This document shows positions 10,096 to 20,221 of a stretch of 64,000 nt of DNA, one piece after another. Both the position numbers and the translations under genes were made by a program. Below the pieces are notes generated by a model. It searched no databases. It saw only the letters and a program-made list of their open reading frames with translations, and was not told the DNA's origin. The stretch is from an uncultured Spirochaetota bacterium (GTDB lineage: Bacteria; Spirochaetota; Spirochaetia; SZUA-6; CAVTHK01). The stretch is from assembly GCA_963734495.1 (NCBI GenBank), contig CAVTHK010000001.1:160001-224000 (forward strand), given 5' to 3'. Within the stretch, counting starts at the first letter, position 1; every line of letters starts with the position of its first letter.

Positions 10096-10613
10096 ATGAT
10101 CCTCACGATCGGTCATTCGAATCGGGCGATCGAGGAATTTCTGGCGCTCCTGAGACGTCACGGCGTCGAGAAGGTCGTCGACGTGCGCACCATCCCCGGC
10201 TCGGCGCGCAACCCGCAGTTCAACGCGGAAACGCCTCGAAGCGAGCCTCCGCACCGCCGGAATCGCCTACCGGCACATCAGGGGGCTCGGCGGCCTTCGC
10301 CGGGCTCACAAGGATTCGCCGAACGCGGGCTGGCGCAACGCGTCGTTCCGCGGGTTCGCCGACTACATGCTGAGCCCCGAGTTCGAGGAGAGCCTGGCCT
10401 CACTCGTGCAGGAAGCCGCCGTGTGCGGTCACCGCGATCATGTGCGCCGAGGCGTTGCCGTGGCGCTGCCACCGGTCGCTGATAGCGGACGCCCTCACGG
10501 TCCGGGGGGTGGAGGTGGAGCACATCATCGGCGCGGGCGAGAGGCGGCATCACACCATGACGTCGTTCGCCAGGGTCCAAGGCACGCGCATCATCTACGC
10601 CTCGAGCGACTGA
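10096..10613 (+). CDS. DUF488-family protein; frameshifts near 10233 and 10430
   Basis: MILTIGHSNR..VVDVRTIPGS..NPQFN / LGGLRR..WRNASFRGFADYM / IMCAEALPWRCHRSLIADAL pieced together across three frames. Confidence 0.8.
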
Positions 10614-10664
10614 CCCGGGTCCGGGCTTGCGCGTTCTCCGCGCGCGCACAATAGTAGGCGCAGC

Positions 10665-11285
10665 ATGAAGACATACGAGTACGCGCGCATCCGCGTGCTG
10701 GCGCAGAGCATGGCGGAATCGGGGATCGACCCGGGCACCGCGGCCCGCATCCTCGAAGGCGGCGAGCTGGTCAGGAGGGGCACGAAGCCGGAGGGCAAGG
10801 CGGACTGGATGCGCGCCGCGATGCGCAGGATGGACGCGCTGCTCGACACGCAGACGAGGCGGCGCGTGCGCGAGCGATGCGCGTGCTGCCTCGGCGGAAA
10901 ACGCCTGGAGATATCGAAGAGCATCGCCCGGGAGAACGCGAGCCTCGACGAGAGGATCCGGGCGGCCAACGGCGCGAAGCTCGTGTTCGGCCACAGCGTC
11001 ACGCGCGAGGCCGACGGCGGCGTGGTCGTGCGCTTCCGACCTGAAGGGGAGGCAAGCTATGCTTGCGTGTGCCTGCCGCAGGCGAAGGCGCCGCTGCCCA
11101 TCACCTACTGCTATTGCTGCGGCGGCCACGTGAAGCACCACCTCCAGACCGCACTGGGCCGCAAGCTCGAATGCACCGTGCTGTCGTCGGCCCTCGCCAG
11201 CGGGGGGAAGAGGCCGTGCGCGTTCCGCTTCCGGCTCGTCGAGCAGGCCGCCTCCGGCGAGCCGCGAAAGCAGCCCCCCGCATGA
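10665..11285 (+). CDS. Cys-rich hypothetical protein (DUF6144-like, probable metal-binding)
   Basis: CACCLGG, YACVC, PITYCYCCGGH, CAFRF; 206-aa ORF. Confidence 0.6.
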   Translation: MKTYEYARIRVLAQSMAESGIDPGTAARILEGGELVRRGTKPEGKADWMRAAMRRMDALLDTQTRRRVRERCACCLGGKRLEISKSIARENASLDERIRAANGAKLVFGHSVTREADGGVVVRFRPEGEASYACVCLPQAKAPLPITYCYCCGGHVKHHLQTALGRKLECTVLSSALASGGKRPCAFRFRLVEQAASGEPRKQPPA

Positions 11286-12397
11286 GAGAGCTGCTTGATC
11301 GGCACGCCCGCGACCAGCTCATCGAGCTCGCGCGGACCATGGTCGACCAGGAAAGGGCGCGTATCGTCGTCCCGCCGTACGACAACAGCGAAGGCTTCTG
11401 GTTCGGCGCGGGCAACCTCTCGCGCGACGGCAGCGGCGCGTTCACCCTGGTGGGTCGATACCGGAACGCCGGCGACTCGCGCACCGGCCTCTCGGCAGGC
11501 GTCCGCGGGCTGGAGCTCGCGGTGTTCCGCTCGGTCGACGGCGCGAAGACCTTCGACAAGGTGCTCTCGCTGTCCAAGCGCGACCTCACGTTCGACGACC
11601 GGGAGGTCGTCTCGATCGAGGGCGCCAAGCTGCTGTTCTCCGATTCGGGCGTGGAGCTCTTCGTCTCGACGGAGAAGACGGGCATCCCCTACCCCGCGCA
11701 TCTCGCTGCCTTCCTCAAACCCGGCACCGGCGTCTGGACCATCGATCACGCGGCTGCCCCGTCGGTCGAGAGGCTCCGGGGAGCGAAGCTCCAGACCATC
11801 GTGGCGAGCACCGACCCGCGCTGGCTCCACGTCAAGGACCCTGTTCTGTACCCGGCGCGCAACGGCGACACGGTGATGTTCTTCTGCACGCACCCCTTCA
11901 ACTGGACGAGCTCGAACACGGGCATGACCGTCAGGAGGAGAGGCGCGGCCTCATTCGGCCCGCCCGAGTTCGAGCGCTTCCCGCGCGGGTTCACCTGGGA
12001 CGTGGCCATGAGCCGGATCACCGGGCTCTGCCCCGTGCCTCGGACCGGCCTCCTGGCGAGCGAGCCCGAAATCGCGCTGGCTTTCTACGACGGAGGCGAG
12101 TCCATGCGCCGCTGCGAGGAGCACGCCGCTTCGGTCCGGCGTCCGCGGGGCTACTCGTGCGAGGAGATCGGGGGTCTCGCATTCCTGCGCGGAGGCATCG
12201 AGGGGCCCATCGAGCGGCTCTCCGTCGACCTCCCGCTCTTCGTGAGCCCGCGCGGCACCGGCTGCAGCCGCTACGTGGATGTGCTGCCGACCGAACAGGG
12301 GTACCACGTGACGTGGCAGCAATCGCAGGCCGACGGCTCGCAGCCGCTCGTCATGAGCTTCGTGAGCAGGCAGGAGATCGAGCGCATCCTCCGGTGA
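11282..12397 (+). CDS. Sialidase/BNR-type beta-propeller glycoside hydrolase-like protein
   Basis: ATG 11282 overlaps the upstream stop (ATGA); Asp-box-like FRSVDGAKTF; HVKDP and CSRYVD motifs. Confidence 0.6.
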   Translation: MRELLDRHARDQLIELARTMVDQERARIVVPPYDNSEGFWFGAGNLSRDGSGAFTLVGRYRNAGDSRTGLSAGVRGLELAVFRSVDGAKTFDKVLSLSKRDLTFDDREVVSIEGAKLLFSDSGVELFVSTEKTGIPYPAHLAAFLKPGTGVWTIDHAAAPSVERLRGAKLQTIVASTDPRWLHVKDPVLYPARNGDTVMFFCTHPFNWTSSNTGMTVRRRGAASFGPPEFERFPRGFTWDVAMSRITGLCPVPRTGLLASEPEIALAFYDGGESMRRCEEHAASVRRPRGYSCEEIGGLAFLRGGIEGPIERLSVDLPLFVSPRGTGCSRYVDVLPTEQGYHVTWQQSQADGSQPLVMSFVSRQEIERILR

Positions 12398-12859
12398 GCC
12401 TCAGCCGCCAGCAGTCGCCCATACCCCTCGACGCGATGGAACGTGAGCGAGTTCGCGTCGTGGGCGCGGTGGCCGCCTCCCACCCCGTCATCGTAGGCCG
12501 TCCGCCGTCGTCGCTCACGTGGACGATCGCGCCGCGGTCGCACACCTCGGGCGCCCGCGCGTTCGTGGTGACGTTGGTGCGCAGGACATCCGCCAAGGAG
12601 CCCTCGGGCGTCACGACGCGCGCCGCGATGCAGGAAGGTTGGACCAGATCTGCCCGGAGAGAGAGGCCACGCGCCGCCACGCGGCCCCGCGGTCGGCCGA
12701 ACGGTAGACGAAGCTGTCGGTGTTGTTTGCGCCCGGCGCGAAGTGAGAGTGCAATGCGACGTCGTCGCCCGAGGGAAGGATCGCGATCGATGGGCAGCCT
12801 GCGTAGCAGCCGCTCGACGCGGGGCTGTGGTGGATGACGACTCCCGGCACGCTCGACAT
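12394..12859 (-). pseudogene. Internally deleted remnant of a BNR/sialidase-family gene
   Basis: Three frames give N-term VPGVVIHHSPASSG..PSIAILPSG..VYRSADRGAAW..GQIWS, middle VVTPEGSLADVLR..AIVHVSDDG and C-term RTAYDDGVGGGHRAHDANSLTFHRVE within about 460 bp. Confidence 0.55.
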
Positions 12860-12893
12860 GCGGGCAGTCTAGACTTGTTCGTACAGCCGCGCG

Positions 12894-13808
12894 TCACCCC
12901 CTGGCGTCACCCCCTGGACGCGCGAGCCCCCGCAGCGGCGACCGCCGCAGCATCGCCAGCCACGCCTCCGCCGCGGGGGAGAGCTGCCTGCCCCGTACCG
13001 TGTACGCCTCGACGGGCAGGGGCGGCAGCATCCCCGCGAGCGGAGTCGCCGCCACTCGCGCTCCGGACGGCACCCCGAACTCCGGCAGGATCGAGTACCC
13101 GAACCCGCTCTGCACGTACCGGAGGATCGTGGCCATGCTCGGCAGCTCCATCGCCGGCTCCGGCCCCGCGTCGACCGCGGAGCGGAGGGCGAGGTGCCGC
13201 TCCAGGTAGCGGCGCAGCTCCACGCCCCTCTCGAAGTGGAGAAGGCCCTTCGTCCCCAGCTCGCGGGCCAAAGGGGGGCGCGGCCGTTCCACGCCCCGCG
13301 GCTCGACCAGCAGGAAGCGCGCCTCCCCCAGCCTCTCGCGGTCGATCTGCCGGTTCCGGGGCGCGAGGTAGCCCACGCCGACCTCTGCAGCGCCGTCGAT
13401 CAGCAGGCGCAGGATCTCCTCGCTCCGGCGGTTGAACAGGGCGATCTGCACCCGGGGGTACCGCCGGTGGAACGCGCCGAGCGGCCCCGGAAGCACGTGA
13501 TCGATCAGGGCGAGGTTGGACGCGATCGCGAGCCGGCCGCTCGGCTCGCGGTCCGCCTTCCCGACCAGGCGCTCCAGGCTGCCGAGCTCCTCGAGCAGGG
13601 CCCGCGCGCGCTCGTACAGCAGGCGGCCCGCTTCGGTGGGGACCGCGCGTTTTCGCGAGCGGTCGATCAGCTGCCGGCCGACCTCGCGCTCGAGCTTGCG
13701 CACCTGGAGGCTGACGGCGGGCTGGGTGCGGAACACGCGGTCGGCCGCCCGCGAAAAGCTCTCGGCGCGGACCACTTCGACGAAACACTGCAGCGCGAAG
13801 AGCTCCAT
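12894..13808 (-). CDS. LysR-family transcriptional regulator
   Basis: FVEVVRAESFSRAADRVFRTQPAVSLQVRKLEREVG..PTEAG helix-turn-helix; 304 aa. Confidence 0.95.
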   Translation of the reverse strand: MELFALQCFVEVVRAESFSRAADRVFRTQPAVSLQVRKLEREVGRQLIDRSRKRAVPTEAGRLLYERARALLEELGSLERLVGKADREPSGRLAIASNLALIDHVLPGPLGAFHRRYPRVQIALFNRRSEEILRLLIDGAAEVGVGYLAPRNRQIDRERLGEARFLLVEPRGVERPRPPLARELGTKGLLHFERGVELRRYLERHLALRSAVDAGPEPAMELPSMATILRYVQSGFGYSILPEFGVPSGARVAATPLAGMLPPLPVEAYTVRGRQLSPAAEAWLAMLRRSPLRGLARPGGDARG

Positions 13809-13820
13809 GGGTGTCTATTC

Positions 13821-13865
13821 TACCATAAGTTCTGCAAATCACAGAAGTAAGCATTATTTATGGTA
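13821..13865. promoter_or_regulatory. AT-rich dyad region in the divergent LysR/SPFH promoter
   Basis: TACCATAA(13821-28)...TTATGGTA(13858-65) and inner TTCTG-N7-CAGAA(13830-46). Confidence 0.5.
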
Positions 13866-13908
13866 CTCATGATCCGGGCGCGGCAGAGTCTGGGCAAGGA
13901 GGCACAAC

Positions 13909-15054
13909 ATGCCGTTCGTACGAACAAAGCCCAGCGAGTTCCTCGTCACCGCGGACCACGGGAGGCTGGTCAGCCGCGGCGCCGCCGTGCGGCTGTTCCT
14001 GCGGCCGGGCACGCCGCACGTCAAGGTGCCCGGCGATCAGCGGGAGACCTGCTTCGAGATGACCCAGGAAACGCGCGACGGGATCCCCCTGCGGTTCAAG
14101 GGGAACGTCGTCTTCCGCATCGTGGCCCCGGCCCTGACCGCGCAGCTCTTCGACTTCACCTCCTTCGCGGGCCTGGAGGCGATGCAGGCGCTCATCAGCA
14201 AGGCCTGCCTCGGCGAGCTGCGCGACCGCGTCTCCCACATGACCATGAAGGAATGCATCGAGGAGCGGAAGACGACGCTGACCGGCGCGGTCCGCGACGC
14301 GCTCAGCGTCCTGGTCGGCGACGCCGAACGGGGATGGGGCGTCGTGCTCGACGTCGTGCAGGTCGCGCAGGTGTTCATCGTGGACCAGGACCTGCGCCGC
14401 CAGCTGGAGGCGGAGACCCGCAACCAGATCCGTTCCGCGAGCCAGCTGGCCGAGATGCAGGCCGGCGAGTCGGTGCAGGTGGCGAAGATCGCGTCGGCCA
14501 GGCGCGTGCAGCAGCAGACCCTCGAGGCGGAGAAACAGCGGATCGCCCTGGACAGCGAGAAGAACACCCTGGAGGTTCAGGCCGCCGAGTCGGTGGACCT
14601 GGCGAAGATCGCGTCGGCCAGGCGCGTGCAGCAGCAGACCCTCGAGACCGACAAGCAGCGGATTGCCCTCGACAGCGAGAAGGACGCCCTGGAGAAGCAG
14701 GCGGAGCGGGCGCGCATCGAGACCGATACGCCGGTGCAGCTCCTCCGCGTCCGCGACCATCTCGCGCTCCTGCGCGCGAAGAAGGAAGAGCTGGAGCTGC
14801 AGCGGGAGGTGCGGGCCCTCGAAGTCGAGACGGACCTGATCGCGAAGCGGGCCGAGCTCGAGCTCAGCAGGCAGAGGCTCCCGATCGAGCAGAGGCCGCA
14901 GATCGTGGAGTCCGTCTCGCGCATGTTCCAGGGCGCCCGGCTCTCGGTGTACGGCGAGGACTGCAAGCTCATGGAGACGGTGCACCCGCTCCTCGACCTG
15001 GTGGCCGGCGCGCTTCAGCCGCCGAAGGCCGAGCCCGAGGCGTCCGAAAGGTGA
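13909..15054 (+). CDS. SPFH/band-7 (flotillin-like) protein with coiled-coil tail
   Basis: FEMTQETRDGIPLRFKGNVVFRI, GELRDRVSHMTM, WGVVLDVVQV; long E/Q/R/A-rich helical tail; AAGGAGG RBS. Confidence 0.8.
   Translation: MPFVRTKPSEFLVTADHGRLVSRGAAVRLFLRPGTPHVKVPGDQRETCFEMTQETRDGIPLRFKGNVVFRIVAPALTAQLFDFTSFAGLEAMQALISKACLGELRDRVSHMTMKECIEERKTTLTGAVRDALSVLVGDAERGWGVVLDVVQVAQVFIVDQDLRRQLEAETRNQIRSASQLAEMQAGESVQVAKIASARRVQQQTLEAEKQRIALDSEKNTLEVQAAESVDLAKIASARRVQQQTLETDKQRIALDSEKDALEKQAERARIETDTPVQLLRVRDHLALLRAKKEELELQREVRALEVETDLIAKRAELELSRQRLPIEQRPQIVESVSRMFQGARLSVYGEDCKLMETVHPLLDLVAGALQPPKAEPEASER
14461..14700 (+). repeat. Tandem 2 x 120 bp (40 aa) in-frame duplication
   Basis: 14461-14580 and 14581-14700 both read gcc.gcgagtcggtg...ggcgaagatcgcgtcggccaggcgcgtgcagcagcagaccctcgag.. 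Confidence 0.95.
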
Positions 15055-15235
15055 AGTCCGCGGCGCGGCCGGCGCCCGACGGCCGGCTCAGAACGTGTAC
15101 CGCACCTTTTCTTCGCGGCAGACTACCACAAAAGGGCCCGGAGGCAAGCCGGGAACCGCTGGCGCAAGAGCGGATAGACATATATAAGAAGAACGGCGCG
15201 CGCCCCGCGCGCCGTTCCTATCGGAGGCCGGCGAA

Positions 15236-18131
15236 ATGGCGATGACGAACCTGCGCGAGCTCGACCAGCGCCGACGTGGTGCTCGCCGGCGGAACGCTGG
15301 CTGCCTGCCAGCTCGCGGTCGACCTCGCGGGACGCGGCCTCGCCGTGATCGTCACCACGAGCTCGTCTTCCCTCGCGCCCGAAATCTCGTCGACGCTGCG
15401 CGCGTGGGCCGCATCGGGCGCCTCTCGCGGCCCGCTCGCGCCGCTTCTGGAAGCCGGTCCGCTGCCGCACCTCGGTCGCCTGACCGAAGGGCTGGAGAAC
15501 CTGCTGCTCGATGCCGGGGTCCGCTTCTACTACCGCGCGTGGCCTGCGGGCATCGGGCTGGCAGGCGGCGGCGCCGCGGCGGTCGTGCTCGCCGGCAAGT
15601 TCGGCGTCGGGCTGGTCGCTGCGCCGGTGATCGTCGACTGCACGCCGCAAGCGACGCTCGCGAGAGCGGCCGGCGCCCCCGTCGTGCGGCGCGGCGCCGC
15701 CGGCGCTCCCGTCGCGTTCACGCAGGTTGTGCAGCATCTCGGCGACGCCGCGACCGTGCCGTCCTCCTGCAGCCTGCGGGTGTCCGCCGTGCGCGGCCCC
15801 TTCGTGGAGTACCGCTTCGAGACCGCCGCTGCGCCGCACGACCCGCTGTTCGCGGCCCGTGCCGCGGTCGACGCGCGCCGGGCTCTGCTGGCGGCGGGCC
15901 CGGACCTCCCGGCCGATCCGCTGCGGGTCGCCGACGAGGCGACCTTCGACCCGCTGTGGCGGCTCGAGCGGGCCGGCGTGGAAGGGCTGTCCATCCTCGG
16001 GCCGGTCGCGGTGTCGGGCGACGCGGAAGCGGCCGCCATGACGCGCGAGCCGCTGCGCGTCCTGCCTCTGGCCGCCGAGGCGGCCGGCGCTCTCGCCGCC
16101 GAAGCCCGGCGACGCCGCGGGCTCGCCGACCCCGCCGCGCCGCTGCAGATCAAGGCCGGCGAGCCTGCGACGCGCGAGGCCCCGCTGCGCCTCCACGACC
16201 CGGCGTTCGACGAGCCCGGCGTCGCCTGGCGGGCCGCCGAGATGGCGACGCCCGCGACGCTGCTCTCGCGGCCTCTGCTCGTCTGCGGCTGCGGGACCAG
16301 CGGCCTCGCGGCGGCGATGGCCGCGGCGCGCGCCGGCGTCGCGACCGCCTGCGTCGAAGCCAGCGGCGACCCCGGCGGCGTCCACACGGTCGGCGGCGTG
16401 CCCGACTACTGGTTCGGCAGCTGGTCGACGGCCATGGTCCGGCATCATCTCGCACTCAAGCGGATCGCGGCGGAGCGCCGCGTCCCGTGGTCGGTCGCGC
16501 AGATGGCGCTGGCGGACGAGGCCGGCGTGGAGCTGCTGCCGCTCACGCCCCTTGCCGGCGCGGTCGCTGACGGCCGAAGCGTGCGCGGCGCCGTCGTCGC
16601 GACTCCCGCGGGGCTCGGCGTCATCGAGGCGGAACTGCTGGTGGACGCGACCGGAGACGCCGACGTGGCGGCCTGGGCAGGTGCGCCGTACTCCTACGGA
16701 AGCGAGCGGGACGAGATCACCATGTGGTTTTCCTTCGGGAAATTCCGAAGGGACATGCCCGCCGCGAGCCGTCTCTACTTCTCGGTCGTCGATCAGCGGA
16801 GCCTCCGCGACACGACGCGCGCGATCGTGGCGGCCCGCAGGCAGGTGGGCGTGTTCGGCGAAGGCGAGTTCCCGCAGTTCACAGTCGCCACCCGCGAGTC
16901 CCGCCACATCAGGGGGCGCGCGCGGCTCGCCTACGCCGGGATGCTCTCGGGCCGGCGGTTCCCGGACGCGGTTGCCGTCGTGCGCTCCAACGTCGACATC
17001 AAGGGGCTCGCCTCGAGCGACCTGGCGATGAGCGGCTTTGTCGAGCGCGACTTCCTGCGCAACTGGACGGCAACGATCCCCTACGGGGCGCTCGTGCCCG
17101 AGGGGCTGGACAACCTGATCGTCACAGGGAAGGCATACTCGGCGAGCCACGACGCGCTCGCGATGGCGCGCATGCAGGCGGACATGACCGATCTCGGCGC
17201 GGCTGCCGGTCTCGCCGCCGTACTCGCGGCACGGGCTGCCGGCGGATTCCCAGGTGTCGATCCGCTGGAGCTGCAGGCGTCGCTGAGGGCCGCCGGGCTG
17301 CCGCCGCCCGGGGAGGCGGAGCCGCCGGCGAGCGACGAGCTCGAGTCGCTCGTCGACCGGGCGGTGATGGGTCCCCTGGAGCTGGACGGCCAGGCGAAGC
17401 TCCTGAGCGGCGGGGGCGAGGCCGCGAGGCTGATGCGCGAGGGCCTGCCGGCTTCGCGCGCCTCGTCGCGGTCGCTGCTCGCCCGCATGCTGGCCTCGCT
17501 CGGCGACCCCGCGGGATCGGAGGTTCTCCTCGCCGAGGTGGAGGCCGCGCTGAGCGCGCCCGAGCTGCCGCGCCTCTGGGCGCGCGAGCACCACCACCTG
17601 CCGGATCACGGCTGGGCGCCCGAGCCGGTCTACGCGATCAACGCCCTGGCGCTCGCGGGCGAGCGGAGGCTCGTTCCCCTCCTCGTCCGCCTGGTCGACC
17701 GACTGCCGATCGACGAGCATCTCACCGATTACCGCTTCTGCTACGTGCACGCCGTCGCCTACGCGCTCGAGCGCCTGGCGCTTCCCGAAGGAATCCCGCC
17801 GCTCGTCCGCCTGCTGGGCGAGCCGGCGCTCAGCAACCGCCGCCTCGCGCGCGATGCCGACCCGAGGCGGGGCGCCGATCACGTCGCCGAGCGCTGCGCC
17901 TACCTCGAGCTGGCGCTGTCGCGGGCGCTGGCCCGGTGCGGCGACCCCCGCGGCTACGACCGGCTCGCGAGCTGCCTCGAGGACCAGCGGCTGTACCTGT
18001 GCCGCTCCGCTCGCCTCGAGCTGCGGGAGCTCACCGGCGAGGACCTCGGCTTCGACGCCGCCGCGTGGCGCGCCTGGCTGGCGGAGAATCCCCAGCCGCA
18101 GCCGAGACCGTTCCACCGGCGGCTGGACTGA
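15236..18131 (+). CDS. FAD-dependent oxidoreductase (two FAD_oxidored-like units) with C-terminal HEAT-like repeats; probable frameshift near 15270
   Basis: ADVVLAGGTLAAC..IVDCT; LVCGCGTSGLAAAMAAARAG..VEASGDPGG..VDATGDADVA..RESRHI..IPYGALVPEGLDNLIVTGK; C-term LARMLASLGD, AINALALAG, ALARCGD. Confidence 0.8.
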
Positions 18132-18202
18132 GGTTCCGCACCTGTCCCATCCGCAGCCGCTCATCCGTCATTGAGCCAGACGTCTCGAGACAGGAGGGAA
18201 CT

Positions 18203-18514
18203 ATGAAGAAGTTCCTTGTGCTCTATAGTGGTGGAAAGTCCCCGGCCACACCGCAGGAGGGCGAGGCTTCCATGAAAGTCTGGATGGCATGGTTCGGGAA
18301 GCTGGGCAGCGCCGTGGTCGAAGCCGGCGCCCCGTTCGGCGGATCGAAGAGCGTGAGCCGCTCCGGAGTGCAGGAAGGCTCCGCGGGCAACGTCTCCAAC
18401 GGCTACAGCCTGCTCCAGGCGGATGACCTGGCCGCCGCGGCGAGACTGGTCAGGGAGTGCCCCATCATCGCGGACGGCGGCAAGGTCCACGTCTTCGACC
18501 TGCGGGCGATGTAG
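18203..18514 (+). CDS. YciI-family (DGPF-like) protein
   Basis: MKKFLVLYSGG..WMAWFGKLG..GAPF..GYSLLQADDLAAAARLVRECP; GGAGGG RBS. Confidence 0.85.
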   Translation: MKKFLVLYSGGKSPATPQEGEASMKVWMAWFGKLGSAVVEAGAPFGGSKSVSRSGVQEGSAGNVSNGYSLLQADDLAAAARLVRECPIIADGGKVHVFDLRAM

Positions 18515-18532
18515 CCTCACCGGCGGGAGGCT

Positions 18533-19864
18533 TCAGCCCTCAGGGGGAGCCTCCCGCGATTGCATGCGCGCAGCGCCGAGTTGCCCGGCTGCTTCCCCGC
18601 AGCGGGCGATGCGGCGGGCGAGAAACTGCTTCTCCCTGGCGGACCGGCACAGCCGTGCGGCCTCCTGAAAGCTCAGTATCGCAGCGCCATGATCGCCGGC
18701 CCTCATCTGGAACTCCCCGAGGCTTGCGGGAAGCAGATAATAGCGGTCGAGCTCGCCCGCGGCTCGGATCGATTCGAGCTCGCGGAGGGCAGCCGCCGGT
18801 CCCCGCGCGTAGCCCAGGGCAATGGCTCTGTTCAGCCGCACGATCGGTGTGTCGTAGACCGAGAGGAGCTTGCCGTAGAGCGAAACGATCATGGCCCAGT
18901 CGGTCTGCTCGAACGAAGGCGCTCCGCAGTGGCAGGCGGCGATCGCCGCTTCCACGTGATAGCGGCTGAGCTCCGCCCCGGACGCCGACCGGTCCAGGAG
19001 GTCGAAGCCGCGGGCGATGAGCCCGGCGTCCCAGCTTTCCCTGTCCTGCTGCTCGAGCTCGCGGATGGAGCCGTCCTCGTAAGTCCGCGCGGAGAGTCGG
19101 GCAGCCTGGAAATGGAGGAGAGCCAGCAGGGCGAAGGTCTTGGGCCGGGCGCAGGAGGTGTTCTCGGCGAGGAGGAAAGTCAGGCGGATCGCCTCGTCGC
19201 AGAGCTCAGCGCGGATGAGAGCATCGCCGGCGGCGCTCTTGTATCCTTCGTTGAAGATCAGGTACACGACCTGGAGCACGGCATCCAGCCTCGCCTGAAG
19301 CTGAGAATCGGGGGGCATCCGGAACGCCTCGCGGTCGTCCCGAAGCCTCCGGCGCGCACGGTACAGGCGCTTGCGCACGGCCTCCTCTTCGCAGAGCAGG
19401 GCGGCGGAAATCTCCCCGATGGAAAAGCTGCCGCAGAACTTGAGCGTGAGGGCGACCTGGTCTTCGAGGCTGAGCCGCGGATCGCAGCAGGTAAAGATCA
19501 TGCGAAGGAGAGCGTCGGGGATCCGCGATTCCTCGAACTCGCGGTCCACGGTCGCGGAGAGCGCTCCCTCGGAGAGCACCTGCCGGCGCAGATGATCGGC
19601 TGCTTTGAACCGGCTCCGCTCCGAGCGGATATGATCGATCGCGCGATTGCGGGCGGCCACCATCAGCCAGCCTCCGGGGTTGGCCGGGACCCCGCGAAAG
19701 GACCAGACCTGGAGGGCGGTGAGAAGCGTCTCCTGGACGATCTCCTCCGCGATGTCGACGTTGTGGAACCCGAGAATCCGCGAGAGCACGGCGACCATCT
19801 TGCCGGCCTGCCTGCGGAAGAGGTGGTCGACGATCGCGGGAACGCCGCGCGCCTGAGCCGGCAC
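18533..19864 (-). CDS. ECF sigma factor with C-terminal DUF6596/TPR extension (ECF42-type)
   Basis: AEEIVQE..W..GVPANPGGWL..ARNRAID; LRMIFTCCDP; VYLIFNEGY; LEQQDRESWD; YHVEAAIAACH; TDWAMIVSLY; LNRAIA. Confidence 0.9.
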   Translation of the reverse strand: MPAQARGVPAIVDHLFRRQAGKMVAVLSRILGFHNVDIAEEIVQETLLTALQVWSFRGVPANPGGWLMVAARNRAIDHIRSERSRFKAADHLRRQVLSEGALSATVDREFEESRIPDALLRMIFTCCDPRLSLEDQVALTLKFCGSFSIGEISAALLCEEEAVRKRLYRARRRLRDDREAFRMPPDSQLQARLDAVLQVVYLIFNEGYKSAAGDALIRAELCDEAIRLTFLLAENTSCARPKTFALLALLHFQAARLSARTYEDGSIRELEQQDRESWDAGLIARGFDLLDRSASGAELSRYHVEAAIAACHCGAPSFEQTDWAMIVSLYGKLLSVYDTPIVRLNRAIALGYARGPAAALRELESIRAAGELDRYYLLPASLGEFQMRAGDHGAAILSFQEAARLCRSAREKQFLARRIARCGEAAGQLGAARMQSREAPPEG

Positions 19865-19879
19865 GTTCGCCTCTCGGGC

Positions 19880-20221
19880 CTACATCGCGCGGATGGGCCG
19901 AACCTCGACGACACCGTCGATCTCGAACAGCGGGCACCCTCTGGAGATCTCGCAGGCCTGGTCCAGGCTGTCCGTTTTCAGGATGACGTAACCGCTCACG
20001 GCCTCCTTGGCTTCCGTGTACGGGCCGTCGGTCACGGGCTTTCCGGCTCCCTTGAGGAGGCGGCCCTCCGATCCGAGCGGATCGCCCCCGTCCCAGATCC
20101 CCTGCTTCGAGAGGCTCTCCATCCACGCGGTCCAGCGCCTCATGTGCTCCTGCATCTGCTCGGGGGACATCTTCTGCATTCGCGCGCCCCCGCCCCGGAG
20201 CAACAGCATGTATTTGTTCAC
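19880..20221 (-). CDS. YciI-family DGPF protein
   Basis: GTG start with GGAGG RBS; VTDGPYTEAKEAVSGY, VEVRPI. Confidence 0.9.
   Translation of the reverse strand: MNKYMLLLRGGGARMQKMSPEQMQEHMRRWTAWMESLSKQGIWDGGDPLGSEGRLLKGAGKPVTDGPYTEAKEAVSGYVILKTDSLDQACEISRGCPLFEIDGVVEVRPIRAM

Noticed and set aside
8821-10482. Cupin-DUF488 fusion suggested by the 553-aa ORF
   Set aside because: Artefact of the frameshift near 9888; cupin ends at 10042 and DUF488 starts at 10096
14461-14700. Possible CRISPR-like repeat
   Set aside because: In-frame coding tandem duplication; no spacers or cas genes
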